Origin: Octopus vulgaris
Lineage: Eukaryota
Assembly: GCA_951406725.2 (NCBI GenBank)
Contig: OX597830.1
Location: 25,048,001 to 25,112,000, forward strand
DNA: 64,000 bases
Direction of reading: 5' to 3'
A model generated the notes under the pieces. It searched no databases, was not told where the DNA came from, and worked only from the letters and a program-made list of their open reading frames with translations. A program made the position numbers and the translations under genes. The stretch's first letter is position 1. Each line of letters starts with the position of its first letter. Shown here piece after piece: positions 39,001 to 51,841 of this stretch.

Positions 39001-40469
39001 TCTTAAGGCAGTGAGCTGGTAGAAATGTTAGCACGCCGGGTGAAATGCTTAACAGTACTTCGTCTGACTTTACGTTCTGAGTTCATAATGTGTGAACAGG
39101 AGTTTTATAGTATTTATGCCTTCTTGGCTCGTGAGCTGACAGTTTTATTATTCAAGGATATTTTAGTTGTAGTACTGTAGTATTGCTTCAAGTGAATGTT
39201 TAAGCTACACATCCACAACTTGCCGGAGTATTCAACTGTTTCCCCAATTAACTGTAAAATTTATCTGATGGCAATTACAGGTTTTATCTGCAATTGTGTT
39301 CTTGCCTGTCGTAGTGTTGTTATTGTTTCAGTGCAGTGGTGCTGGTACTTCAAAGAATTGCTATTGCAGTTTTGTTGTTGTTAGTTTACAACACTGGTTT
39401 CAAAAGAAGTTAATGAGCTAATTATATTTGATTTCAGTTGAAACTTTAAGGTGACTTCATTACTGAACTTATTATAACCATTCTGCTTTTCTCAACATAA
39501 CCAATGAACCACATAAAATTAGCGACTCATTTCATCTCGAGGATATACTGCCGCATTTTCCCTGACCACCACATTTCAATAGCCTTTCATTACACAAGCA
39601 TAAAACCTGACTTATTTTACAGGAGGTAAATGCAAAGTGGTGACGTCATTCATATCTGAAATCATTAGAGATCCCAGATAATGATTCTGAAACTCAAAAA
39701 TGTCAGCCTCTCCCTTCTTCACAAAAAACTTGTCCTTCCCACTTTTTGTTTTTATTAAGACAGAGTTTGAATCTATATAATATCTTATTTCAGTGCCATG
39801 GTGATGGACGAATTTAAAAACCATCTTAATCTTATTAAACATGGTAATTTGTTCACCTCTTTATAATTTCCACAACCCCACTGGTGGTCTGTATCCTGTC
39901 CCCGAGAGAAGCAATTACCTAAGGCGCGAAAATCAAAACCAGAGCGCAAATTCAGCTTTGGGAAAATTTAACTTCACATGCCGCTTGTCCACATTTAAAT
40001 CTTGCAAAATTTAATAGTATATGTAACGCCATAGGATATCAGTAAAATTAAACTCATATGAAGTAAAAAAAAAAAATATATAGTATGCTAAGAGTAGTAG
40101 CTAAAAAAGACTAGAGTTTAAGTGATTCATAAATAGTAAACACTATTACAATCAAAATACTACTTGAGACAGATGATATATTATCAGACTTGTACCAACA
40201 TGATGCTGGTTTTGTACATGATTTTTTTTTAATATTTTATTACTTGATGTTTCTATTTTTTTTTTTTTGTTTCTATTTTTGCAATTCCAAATCTTTGCTC
40301 CCATTACAGAATCCACTCCAACATATGTGTACAGAAATTTTATATCAGTATAAATAACTGAATGCATCGTTATTTTTAACATGTGTGTATAATGCCAACA
40401 TATAAATACATGTATAATTATAATACATGTGTATACTTATAAATTTTATAAACATGTCTTAACATGTCG

Positions 40470-40502
40470 CATATATATGTGTGTGTGTACACACACACAT
40501 AC

Positions 40503-40543
<41 letters not shown>

Positions 40544-40626
40544 CACACATATATATCCATATATATATATATATATACATACACACATATATATCCATAT
40601 ATATATATATACATACACACTCACAT

Positions 40627-40674
<48 letters not shown>

Positions 40675-40820
40675 GTGTGTGTGTATTGCACAGTTATACT
40701 GCGTTCGAAATTTACTTTCTCGTCTGTGTGTGTGTATATACACATACATATGTCTATACATAGATACCTACATACATACACACATTGCAATTTGTGTATT
40801 TAGCAATATATATATATATG
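40470..40820. repeat. Compound (TA)n/(CA)n microsatellite
   Basis: Directly visible in the sequence. Confidence 0.95.
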
Positions 40821-41539
40821 CCCATTTTTTTTTTTTCAAGCAAACATAGTCGCACACGAGTACATATATTAAATGCAACAGAATCTCCAGAATTAATCGT
40901 GAGAACTAGTTAGGCTGCAACAAGTGTTATAGAGAACTAGAAAACAGTAGCAAGCTGGGGAAGTTGTTTAGAGGGATAAGAGACTTATTTCTCTCTGCTT
41001 TCAATAACAAAACACGCATATTCCTATTTCCCTGTTTGCGTACACGAGCACCCTTTCAAGGCTTATCTACTGTTACAATATCTCTTTAGACATGCAAACA
41101 CTAAAAACACAACTGCTGCGAATTTATTGCTGACGCATCGTTCTCTCTCTCACTCATAATTCATATATAACTAGTTGCTCTTCCTGTTATATATTTATGG
41201 CATTTTTAATAACATTCTTCAGATAAATATCTACAGTTTCTCGAATTTCTTCAAGTGACCGCGACCGAGATGCGTTTCACGAAGTCGCGCCAGAAATCTC
41301 CCTTTCTTTTAAAGCTTTGGCAGGACCAGAGTTTGAAGCTATGTGTCTCTGCTGTCTCTCAATAACACTGATATATGTGAGTGCCCTCGTCCCCTATTTT
41401 GGTTCTTATTTCACTCTGGTGGTCTCTCATAGCCATTCGATGTATAAAAAAATTCCTATTATATTTTTATAATTAAATATTATTAGGAATTGTATTAGAA
41501 AAATTCTTAGATTATTTTGTATATTGCAGGGGAAAAAAA

Positions 41540-41882
41540 GGGTAAAGACCCCATTCGGTCATGAATGACCATGGGATTGCACCTAGAAAGTTACCTTCCG
41601 AGGCACAAGTCCGAGCAAGGTTGTTTATGGAAGACCTGCAGTCGCCCATGCATACAAGCCTCCCCTCTCCACACCACCGATATTATCCAAAGGGAAGGCA
41701 AAGGCCGATACAATTTGGCACCAGTGACATTGCAAATCATTTCTATAACTGAGTGAACTGGAGCAACATGAAAATAAATTGTTTTGCTTAAGAACATAAC
41801 ACACAGCCTGGTCTGGGAATCGAACTGACTACCTCATGGTTGTGAGCCCGACGCTCTAACCACTGAGTCATGCGCCTTCACA
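41540..41882 (-). mobile_element. SINE with a family A head and a different 3' tail, nested in a hAT MITE remnant
   Basis: 41745-41882 matches the family A head, while 41540-41745 is unrelated to the family A body. The hAT end GGTTGAGAACCACTG lies at 41966-41980. Confidence 0.7.
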
Positions 41883-42902
41883 CTGTAGAAGTATAAACCA
41901 ATTAGTGCGCATAAATTTTAACAACAGAACCTTATGTGGACCCCACCAATGATCATATGGACCCTGGTTGAGAACCACTGTTCCACATGACAGTACTCAG
42001 CAGCATAGAAATGATAGGAATGGTCTGTAAATAATAAAACGAATTCATGAACTTACTATCAATTTGAACAATTTATTGTATTTATGTGCAGAAGTGTCGA
42101 TGTTATATAGAAACAAATCGAAGAGAGCAATATCTTTTTTTTAGCAAACTATATTCATTTGAGTTTGAATTGGAAGGTTCTTAATATGTAACGATTTATA
42201 TGTAGTAAAAAAATGGAAAGAAAATATTATTTGTTGAAATGACCCATTATTTTCATCGTTATAATGTAAGATACAACTTCGAGCTGTTCTTGTACACAGA
42301 TTATTTTTAGTTCTGTTATCCTTTCCGTAGTTAGAGTAAAAAAATTACCTCTCTGTGTTGACAAGTAACGAGGAGGGAAGCTGTGTTGTCGCACAGTGAT
42401 AAGCCATACGCGAAATAAGAAACGGACAGATGTGCTCTTTTAGTGAGGGGTCAAGTGAAAGAAGTAGACCCGAATTTGGATTCCGTATTTATATTTTCTC
42501 CTAATTAAATTTGGTCAGGCTAAACAAAAGATTTTCCGTCTCCTAAATGCACATGCAAACAAGCACACGCAAGCTCTGAAATAACAACTGCAAGTCAGCG
42601 AAGTGTTTGATATTAATCCTAATCAAAACTGCACAACATGCAATGCTACTATGCCTATTGATGGTTTATAGCCGATAGAATTACAAAGTTTATTTGGCTT
42701 TACTAAAAAAAATATTTTTCCAAGGTTATTCCGAAATATGTAGCCACGTGCAAAAATAACTATTACAGCACAAATACAATACAGACGTAAATGAAGTGCC
42801 AAACATGAACATAACTACAGTGTTCCTTATCTACATTGTGTATAAGTTTGCAGACGTGTATATAAGCTGGTACGTATGTGAAAACTCCTACGTAGATGTG
42901 GT

Positions 42903-42910
42903 TATATATA

Positions 42911-42946
<36 letters not shown>

Positions 42947-43254
42947 TGTATGTATGTATGTATGTATGCATGCATGCATGTATGTATGTATGTATGTATG
43001 TATGTATGTATGTATGTATGTGTGTGTGTGTGTGTATGTATGTATGTGTGGTGTGTGTGTGTGTGTGTGTGTGTGTGCCTGTGAATGAGGTATTTGTGCA
43101 GGTTTACAGCTAATGACCAAACCATTCGACAATATCAGATTAAGAACATTCCGTAATTTATATTGTGTTTACGTATGCAGATGTGCATATAGGCGTGTAT
43201 GTATGTGCAAACTCCTACGCACATATGTTTGAGCGTGGCTATATAGATAGATAG

Positions 43255-43343
<89 letters not shown>

Positions 43344-43384
43344 CAGAGATAGATAGATAGATAAATAGATAAATAAGTAGATAA

Positions 43385-43457
<73 letters not shown>

Positions 43458-43498
43458 CAGACAGATAGACAGATAGATGTGTGTGTGTGTGTGTGTGT
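42903..43498. repeat. (TATG)n, (TG)n and (GATA)n microsatellites
   Basis: Directly visible in the sequence. Confidence 0.95.
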
Positions 43499-44575
43499 AA
43501 ATGACGGTATTTTGCATGCTTATTTACTAACGATCAAATTATTTGACAATTCCAGATTAACAATATTCTTGGGCGCCTCTCTTTTTTAGGTGTGTCTGCT
43601 CTCTGTCGCCATTCCTCCTTTTTCTCCTTACTTGAATCCCACCTTTCACCAGCGTCTGACTGAAGCAGTGACTCTTTTTCACCTTCCTTCTTCTTGTCGT
43701 TCCCTACACACCCCACACTTGTCTAAGCTACTCCTGCCACCAAGCCTGTCCCACTACGCCTTAACTTCAGTTCCTTTATGGTTTGCTACTAATAATCCAA
43801 ATGACATCAGCTGTTTCTCTTTCTCTCTCTCTTACCCTCCTATGAAAGACATGGCTGGACACGAAACGCTATATTTTCACCCACAACAGCTGAAATTACC
43901 AAACTCTTAGAGAAACTCCCCCGTTGACTAATTCAAACCGGCGTATGTCATCATCAGTTTTCTCAGATTTCAGATTTTACCCACGTTTATGTTTCTATAT
44001 ATTTATTTTTTTCGGGACGCTTAAATCAGCAATTTTAAAATAAATCAGTTATAAGAAGAAAGGGATACACATACTATTTAGTAAGATTATAGGAATGAAG
44101 AAAGTCAAGGTTGCAAGAATTAGAATAAGATTAACAAGTGAATGTTCACCAATAAGCGCGGAAAACTAAGAAAGACGTGGATCAACGACAGATCAATATT
44201 TAAGCAGTCTGGTTGTTTGTTGAATTAACGATTTCTCTGAATACAGTCCGGAATACAAGAAATTATGTGAATGTTCAACTATTATATTCTGTAAAGGGTT
44301 AAATACTGTTCACTTCTAAAGTAAGTTTGAGCGCTGGAGAAGACCCAAGGTTTTTTTTGCTTTTTTTTTATGCCGGCCTAGAAATACTAATGTGCATTTC
44401 TCAAGTATAGTTGCCGAAGAAATTAGTTCGAACAGTTGATAAGTGGGGAAAGCTTTCGTTGGGAGCTATTCATGAACTTTCTTTTCTTCCTTCCTTTTAT
44501 ATATATATTATATTATATTATATTATATTATATTATATTATATTATATATATATATATATATTATAGTTTGGTAT

Positions 44576-45002
44576 GCCTTGTGAGTGGATTTGGTAGACG
44601 GAAATTGAAAGAAGCCTGTCGTATATATGTATATATATATATATATATATACTAGCAGTATCGCCCGGCGTTGCTCGGGTTTGTAAGGGAAATAACTATA
44701 AAGCATTTTTAGAGAGTTATAGCAAAAAATGGGAAAAAAATGATGGTAAATTTTTTTTTAGTTAAAAAGGTCGATGTGCGTCCCCTAGACAGTCTGTGGT
44801 TTGTGTTTCTGATTCTCGACCCCATGTCGAATTTATCGATTTTTTCAGAACTGGGGAACTTTTCAAAATTTTCGCTGCGTTAGTTTTGAATTATGACATT
44901 GGGCTATGTGTGTGTCAAGTTTCATCAGAATCGGTTGAAAGCCGTGGTCAGGGTGAGGGTACAAGCAAACAGACACACAGAAACACACACAGACAAACTG
45001 CC

Positions 45003-45069
<67 letters not shown>

Positions 45070-45290
45070 AATGTGTTTGTGTGTCTGTGTTTGTCCCCCT
45101 AGCATTGCTTGACAACCGATGCTGGTGTGTTTACATCCCCGTCACTTAGCGGTTCGGCAAAATAGACCGATAGAATAAGTACTGGGCTTACAAAGAATAA
45201 GTCCCGTGGTCGATTTTCTCGACTAAAAGGCGGTGCTCCACCATGGCCGCAGTCAAATGACTGAAACAAGTAAAAGAGTAAAAGAGTATG
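44576..45290 (+). mobile_element. SINE family B with a Helitron nested in its internal (TA)n
   Basis: SINE body at 44576-44625 and 3' half at 45065-45290 flank the Helitron. Confidence 0.85.
44652..45012 (-). mobile_element. Non-autonomous Helitron, sister of 6189-6568
   Basis: Near-identical sequence, with hairpin CCCGAGCAACGCCGGG followed by CTAG|T. Confidence 0.87.
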
Positions 45291-45544
45291 ATCTTTTTGC
45301 ATGGCCACCGAGACTGGTGGATGGATAGTGAGAAAGAAACTACAACTCATGGATTATCCATAAAGACCTAATCTGCAGCATAGTAGACTTCGAGAATGGT
45401 ACCCAAAGTCAGGTGACAGATTTGAAATAAAGTTTGCGATATATAAGGCATCATGTAGAGAATATTAAGCGGGTGGAACGGGCTATATGCGACAACAAAC
45501 AGGACTTAATAGAATAAGGTCGGGTTGATATAGATATACTAATT

Positions 45545-45710
45545 TCAAATTTTGGTACAAGACCACCAATTTCGGGGGAGGGAATAAGTCGATTACATCG
45601 ACCCAAGTACTCAACTGGTACTTATTTTATCGACCCCGAAAGGATGAAAAGCAAAGTGAACCTCGGCGGAATTTGAACTCAGAACATGATGGGCGAAATG
45701 CCGCTACGCT
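45545..45710 (-). mobile_element. SINE family C fragment
   Basis: CORE-type body and the alternative tail. Confidence 0.75.
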
Positions 45711-46365
45711 CAAGGCCTTAAGGATTGATATAGATAAACTTACTAAAAGCATATTTCGAATGCAGGTAGCCTTGATGTTCCGTGCTGCCATCTTACACTT
45801 GATCCCAGAGCTAGCCATGACTATTTCATCTTTGCTATAGACAAGATCCAATTTCAGTTAATTTCTGCTGTTATTTCTAGCAACTAGAGTAACCGGTATC
45901 CCTTCTTGACTCGTTTAGCTGTTCACTTATTCCATTGAAATAAAATTAATAACAAATAATCAGTCTACCTGCCTTTTAGATTTTATTAAAAATGTACGCA
46001 GCACAATCTATATTTCCTTCCTACAAATTTAAGAGCTGTCAAGTAAATATCTAAACAGCGTTTCTTCTAACACACACTGTGTTGATACTTATATGCAGTA
46101 AGAGTATATTTTGACTTGAATTGATATTATGATCTTACTGAAATATAAACTGAATTGTAACATGTTGTTGATACTCATAGGCATGACCTATTAAAAAGCT
46201 ATTAAATGGCAAGATGTATAGATGCAACCACTCATGTGTGTATATATATACTTACTAGGCAGCTATTATAACATTTATTTTTAACAAAATAAGTAATCCG
46301 ACACACAGTTTCCCTCATTATTAAATATCACAAACATTAGGAAATGTTTAACTAAATATTTCTGT

Positions 46366-48254
46366 CGTGATAGAAGGAAGGTTTTTATGATACTTTTGGA
46401 GTATCTTCTTCCATTATAATTATTCTGTTGATTCAAGGAGCTGAGAATACGAAGAACGAAGTTCTCAGGCGGAGTAAATTCGATAACCGTTTATTCACTG
46501 GTGCTTCCTACAAGGAGTTTGCTTTCAGTAACCATCTTCACAGCAGAGCGTAGTTAGCCTTCTCTCCCATACACGTGAGGTTCAATAACCTCTGGAGATA
46601 ATGCATGTGGTATCACAGCGGGACAAAAGTCCGCTGTGAGCTCCTGGCTTCGAAGTCTTGCTCGGCGTCAACGTGAGAAGAATGAGAGGGAAGATGTCTT
46701 TTCCTTGAATAATGGTTGCAGGCGAGATCTCGCTATTTCAAAATGGCACTGGCTTCTTTGTGCCTTGGTACAGGGGTTCCGCCTGAGAACGCCAATGCGA
46801 AAATAGAGAATAACTGGAGCAAGCACAAGAAAAGAGCAAAGATGGTAACCGATCGCAAACAACAAGATATGGTACAAAAATGTGACAAGTCAAAAAGAAA
46901 AATAATTGCAAGAAATATAAATCGGCATGCACAAAATTTGACAAAATGTTCAATGGCAGAGTATTGGAATTGTTAGAAAGCAACTGTCTGTCACAGGAAA
47001 CACAAAAGAGATTGTCAGATATAAATAGTTTTAAGCTTTTTAGTCCAATGCACAGTACGACTTGTCCTGGTGACATAAGGTTTGTTAGTGTTAGGTTGTG
47101 GTGACGAAGGTGGAGGTGTAGGTGATAGTGTGGTCAAAGGTGTATGTGCGGGTGGATGTGGAGGTGGTTGTAAAGGATCGAAAGTGGGCGTGGTCGAAAT
47201 GTCATCGAAAGATGTGGAAACCTCAAAATATCCCTTTTTAAGTCTGTCAACTAACACGGTATCTGCCCGACCATTGATGTCGAGACTAAAAGTTTTGGGT
47301 GTACGCGATAGCACACGAAACGGTCCTTTATAGAGAGAAACGAGCAGTCCTCTGACAGAATCATCCCGAACAAAAACATGAATCCACTTGTCAATGTCCG
47401 GTGGAACGTGAGAAGGAATAGATTGGTCACGCGGATACATTGGTGAAAGACTCGAGAAATACGAGGGAGGTCTGGTGACATACGACGTTGGATCAGGATG
47501 TGATGAATTGGCTGGTGCTAACATTGTACCAGGAAGTGCCAAGGTGGTACCGTAAAGGAGTTAGGCAGAGGAGAAATCTACGTCTGTCTTAACGGCGGTG
47601 CGACAACCAAGAAGAAAGATAGGCCGGGATTCTGTCCAAGACTGCGGATCAGGAGTGGCGCGTAGAGCGGTCTTCAGTTGCCTGTAAAAACGTTCGACCA
47701 TCCCGTTGGAGGTTGGATGGTAGCTGGTCGTACGAATGTGATGAACACCTAGGATTCTTGATAATTCACGAAATAAGGAAGCTTCGAACTGGCGTCCACG
47801 GTCAGTAGTTATTTTAGCTGGAACACCAAAACGAGCAATCCTACCATTTTATAATGGAAGGAAAGTTTTTATGATACTTTTTGGGTTATCTTCTATTATA
47901 ATTCTGTTGATTCAAAGAGCTGGAAATACGAAGAATGAAGTTCTCAGGCGGAGTAAATTCAATAACCGTTTATTCACTGGTGCTTCCTACAAGGAGTTTG
48001 CTTTCAGTAACCATCTTCACAGCAGTGCGTAGTTAGCCTTCTCTCCCATACACGTGAGGTTCAATAACCTCTGGAGACAATGCATGTGGTATCACAGCGG
48101 GACAAAAGTCCGCTGTGAGCTCCTGGCTTCGAAGTTTTGCTCGACGTCAGCGTGAGAAGAATGAGAGGGAAGATGTTGTCTTTTCCTTAAATAATGGTTG
48201 CAGGCGAGATCTCGCTGTTTCAAAATGGCACTAGCTTCTTTGTGTCTCGCTACA
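46366..48254 (-). mobile_element. Internally deleted Gypsy LTR retrotransposon with two LTRs of about 405 bp and a 4-bp TSD
   Basis: LTRs at 46366-46772 and 47850-48254, with CTGT TSD at 46362-46365 and 48255-48258. Integrase [31 protein letters not shown] and a YKGPF (GPY/F) motif at 47015-47840. Confidence 0.92.
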
Positions 48255-48610
48255 CTGTCTTAAATACGAATTAAAGCAATATGAATTTAGCCGATGCTCG
48301 GGAAACATGGAGAGAGATGTGTGGCGTCTTTGCTGTACACCTATGGCCTTCCTAGGTAATAGATTTCGATTTGAGCTGCTAACAGAACAGTTTACGATTG
48401 GAGCTATAAATATTGTCAACAATTCAATCCTGATGAAGCAGATCTATGATCAAAGGTGTATCATTCACGAATAACCGGTAATCCTAAAACGACGTTACCC
48501 ATGTCTTTTTATGATTAGCAGGTTATTAGGTTGCTATTTCCAGCAGGTCGCCTGACCATGTGGACACTCTTTCGGATCGAGCAAAAGATTTACTATTGAC
48601 TATATATATA

Positions 48611-49300
48611 CCGTAAATCCTCGAGTATAGTCCGCTCTTGAGTATAATACGCAGGGGATTTTTAAGGGGCTGTACCTCTGAAAAACCTAAACCTTGTGTA
48701 TAATACGCACCCCTTCTCTAACTTGAGTCAAAGAGGTCTATATAACGTCCTTGGTTTGTAAAAATGTATACAGTAACGTCCTTTATTATTACCTTCTTTA
48801 TCTTTGGCATCTGTTTAATTTCCTCTTTATTTCTTCTCCATAACCTGACATTGTTTTCGTCAACATCAAATTTTCTTCCGGCGGTCCTATTACCATGCTC
48901 TTCATCATATGATATAACTTCAAGTTTAAACATAGCTGAATAAGATCTACGAGGTATTTTATGGGCATGTAATGTATAAAATGTTTTACTGGAGATTAAT
49001 GTACAGGTTTAAGTCCCGCTTATAAAAAACCCTAGTAAAGACCCACAGTAGTTCAAACATTTAATACTGGTATTTAATTAAGTATCTATTGTTTGCCACG
49101 GTAATGATGCAAACTGCCAATACAAACAGCAGGATGAACTATTTAGCGCTATTTAGCACAATTCGTGCATAATTAAGCCAGCAGCACCTGGTCGAACAAA
49201 CACTTCCACGCATGCGTAATACAATAATGGTAATGTTCTTAACTGTTATATGGGAATGTAAATATGTTTGCAAATTGTTTTTGTTACATGTTATTCTGTG
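48611..49300 (-). mobile_element. pogo (POGK-like) transposon deletion derivative
   Basis: TA|CCGTAAATCCTCGAGTATA terminus. Brinker-like DNA-binding domain FKLEVISY..HGNRTAGRKFDVDENNVRLWR at 48718-48933. The right boundary is uncertain. Confidence 0.75.
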
Positions 49301-49910
49301 TTCTGAATACTTTTATTTTAATAAATGTTGCTTACTGCTAGTTATGGATGATTCTTTTAGGACTTCATTACTTTCAGGCTTAGCTTAAGGTATTTTCGCG
49401 CCCGACATCACAAAATGTGTCTGAATAAACATTGCCGGACAGCAAATAGAGACTCGGACATTGCTTAGAAAATATTTTTCATTTTAAACCTTTTTTAACA
49501 CTTGTTACCATTTCAAATATGCTCGAGGCATATTTGATCCCGTAAGAAGCCCATTCACCATATTTTGTCATGGGGAAAATTTCTCGGTGTCGACATATAG
49601 GTATAAACACCAAGCCAGTTCAAGCGCTCTCCCAGAGTCGAATTGTTGATGTAACTATGATGTTCGTTAAGCCTATCAGCTTGTTCATTAAATATCTGTT
49701 GCCATCTATACTATAATAAAGTTGCTCATTAATTATGAGTATGTAACTATTACTACGCTGTCTAGAAAATTCTTAAGAATTCTAATCTTAATATATTTTT
49801 TATTAAAATGTATTCTTTAGGATCTTTTTATTATTGAAAGTTTCAACTACAGAAAACTAATTTTAATTCACTGCAGGATAGAGTATTTTTTATGGCTGCG
49901 AGGTAGTTAG

Positions 49911-49979
<69 letters not shown>

Positions 49980-50429
49980 ATACAATTTATGAAGCTTTCT
50001 ACAAATATATCAGTAAAAATATTTCCCTAAATTATAATTTTAATCCAACGTCAGCCAAATTATGTTGATTCCAGTATCTTTTTCATATCTGTCAGGTGTT
50101 GTTGACGAAATAGAAAGCTGAAGAAGAAAAGTGGTTTTAATTACTAACGTCAAATGTACCAAATATAAATTTGTCGCATTTATAAGAGACTGTTACAAAA
50201 CATAAGAAGTACAGCGTGAAATCTGTCATATATTCCTAATAGTTAGCTCCTTTGCTGAGATGACTGGTATGGTAATGTTACTGTAGCTCATATGATGAAC
50301 GAGAATATTAAAAAATGTCATTTCCCATCTCCGAACATCTGAGATTGTGTGTTTATATAGGTTATTAATTGTAAAGTGTATAAATATGAGTATCAAAAGA
50401 AAACTAATGCAAAGCAAGTAAGTTATACA

Positions 50430-50592
50430 ATCAGAGGTTAAGAAGCTTGCTTCTCAGCCGCATAGTTCTGAGTTCAGTTCCAATGCGTGGAACCATGGGC
50501 AAGTATCTTCTACAATAGCATCGGGCCGACCAAAGCCTTGTGACCGGATTTGGTACATGGAAAGTGAAAGAAGCCCGTCGTGTGTGTGTGTG

Positions 50593-50633
<41 letters not shown>

Positions 50634-50838
50634 CTTCATGTCTGCGTTTGTTCCCCCTACCACCGCTTGACAACCGGTGTTAGTGTGTTTACGTGCCTTA
50701 ACTTAGCGGTTTAGTAAAAGATGCTGATGGAATAAGTACCAGATTTTAAAATGAGTGCTGAGGTCGATTCATTCGATTTAAAACGCGGTGCTCCAGCATG
50801 GCTGCAATCTAATGACTGAAACATGTAAAAGATAAAAG
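50430..50838 (+). mobile_element. SINE family B, near full length
   Basis: Head, body, (TG)n, 3' half and GTAAAAGATAAAAGA tail. Confidence 0.82.
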
Positions 50839-50977
50839 ATGTTTCCAAAACATATTAGGTGTGCGTTCCAGTTGCCTGTCATGCCAAGTCACGAAATCTT
50901 CTGATAGGTACGCATACGATAATCGAAGTATTTTTATGCGGCTGATATAATACCTGGTTTCTTCATAAATTCTAATA

Positions 50978-51841
50978 CAGTCAACTCTCGCTACTATGCC
51001 ACCCTGCGGGACTGAGCCAAAGTGGCATAGTACCGAGAGTGGCATAGTACCGAGGGTCTGTTATCTAAACACTACATAACCAAAAATTTACTGAACATAC
51101 GAATAAAAATTCATAGGGTAGAAAGTAAGGCCAATAAGAAGTTCAATGCAATGGTAAAAAGAAGACATCCAAGTTTATTAAGTTCAGATTGCTTTTAGTT
51201 AATCCCGAAGCTCTCAAAAATTGTCGGCTGACGCATCTTCTTTCGGCGGATTTCATTAATTTCGTTGTCTAGCCTATCGCACGCCTGCATGACGCTGGGT
51301 TTTCCGCTGCTCTGCTGCTGCATAAACTTTCGGATAGTGCTCCATGCTCTCTGGGCATCTGCAAACGAAACGTATTCCTCTTCCACAATTACATCGTCGT
51401 CTTCACTTTCCACCGGCTCTTCGTTATGCATTACCTCCTTTGCTATTTCTTCAAGAGTGAAACATGTCGGACAATACAAGGGGCGGTAACTTGTATAAGA
51501 TATTACTAATGATACGAGGGGCCCGACAATAACGTTTTTCGCAGCATCGATAATCTCCTTCTTTTCCTTTAGCGTAAACTCAGTCCGCTTGCGTTTCTGA
51601 GCTGACATTGTGTGCTACTTTCTGAACTTTTCCACAAGATTACAAATACGAAATGTACAAAATGTAGGAGTACAAAATTTCGAAAAGTTGCGTGCGCTTC
51701 AGTTTACAAGTGCCATAGTAGCGAGAGTTGAGGGTGGCATAGTAAAAATTTTTTGTTTATTATTTGGTCGGGACCGCGCAAAACTGGCACAGTAGCGAGA
51801 GTGGCATAGTAGCGAGGTGGCATAGTAGCGAGAGTTGACTG
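50978..51841 (-). mobile_element. Tigger/pogo non-autonomous element with a fused N/C-terminal transposase ORF
   Basis: TIR of about 25 bp CAGTCAACTCTCGCTACTATGCCAC and subterminal GTGGCATAGTAGCGAG repeats. ORF 51195-51608 runs KRKRTEFTLKEKKEII ... RQPTIFESF with no DDE core. Confidence 0.9.

Noticed and set aside
43830-43875. Penelope-type minimal hammerhead (CCTATGAAAG...CGAAACG)
   Set aside because: The core is degenerate and the stems cannot be supported by eye.
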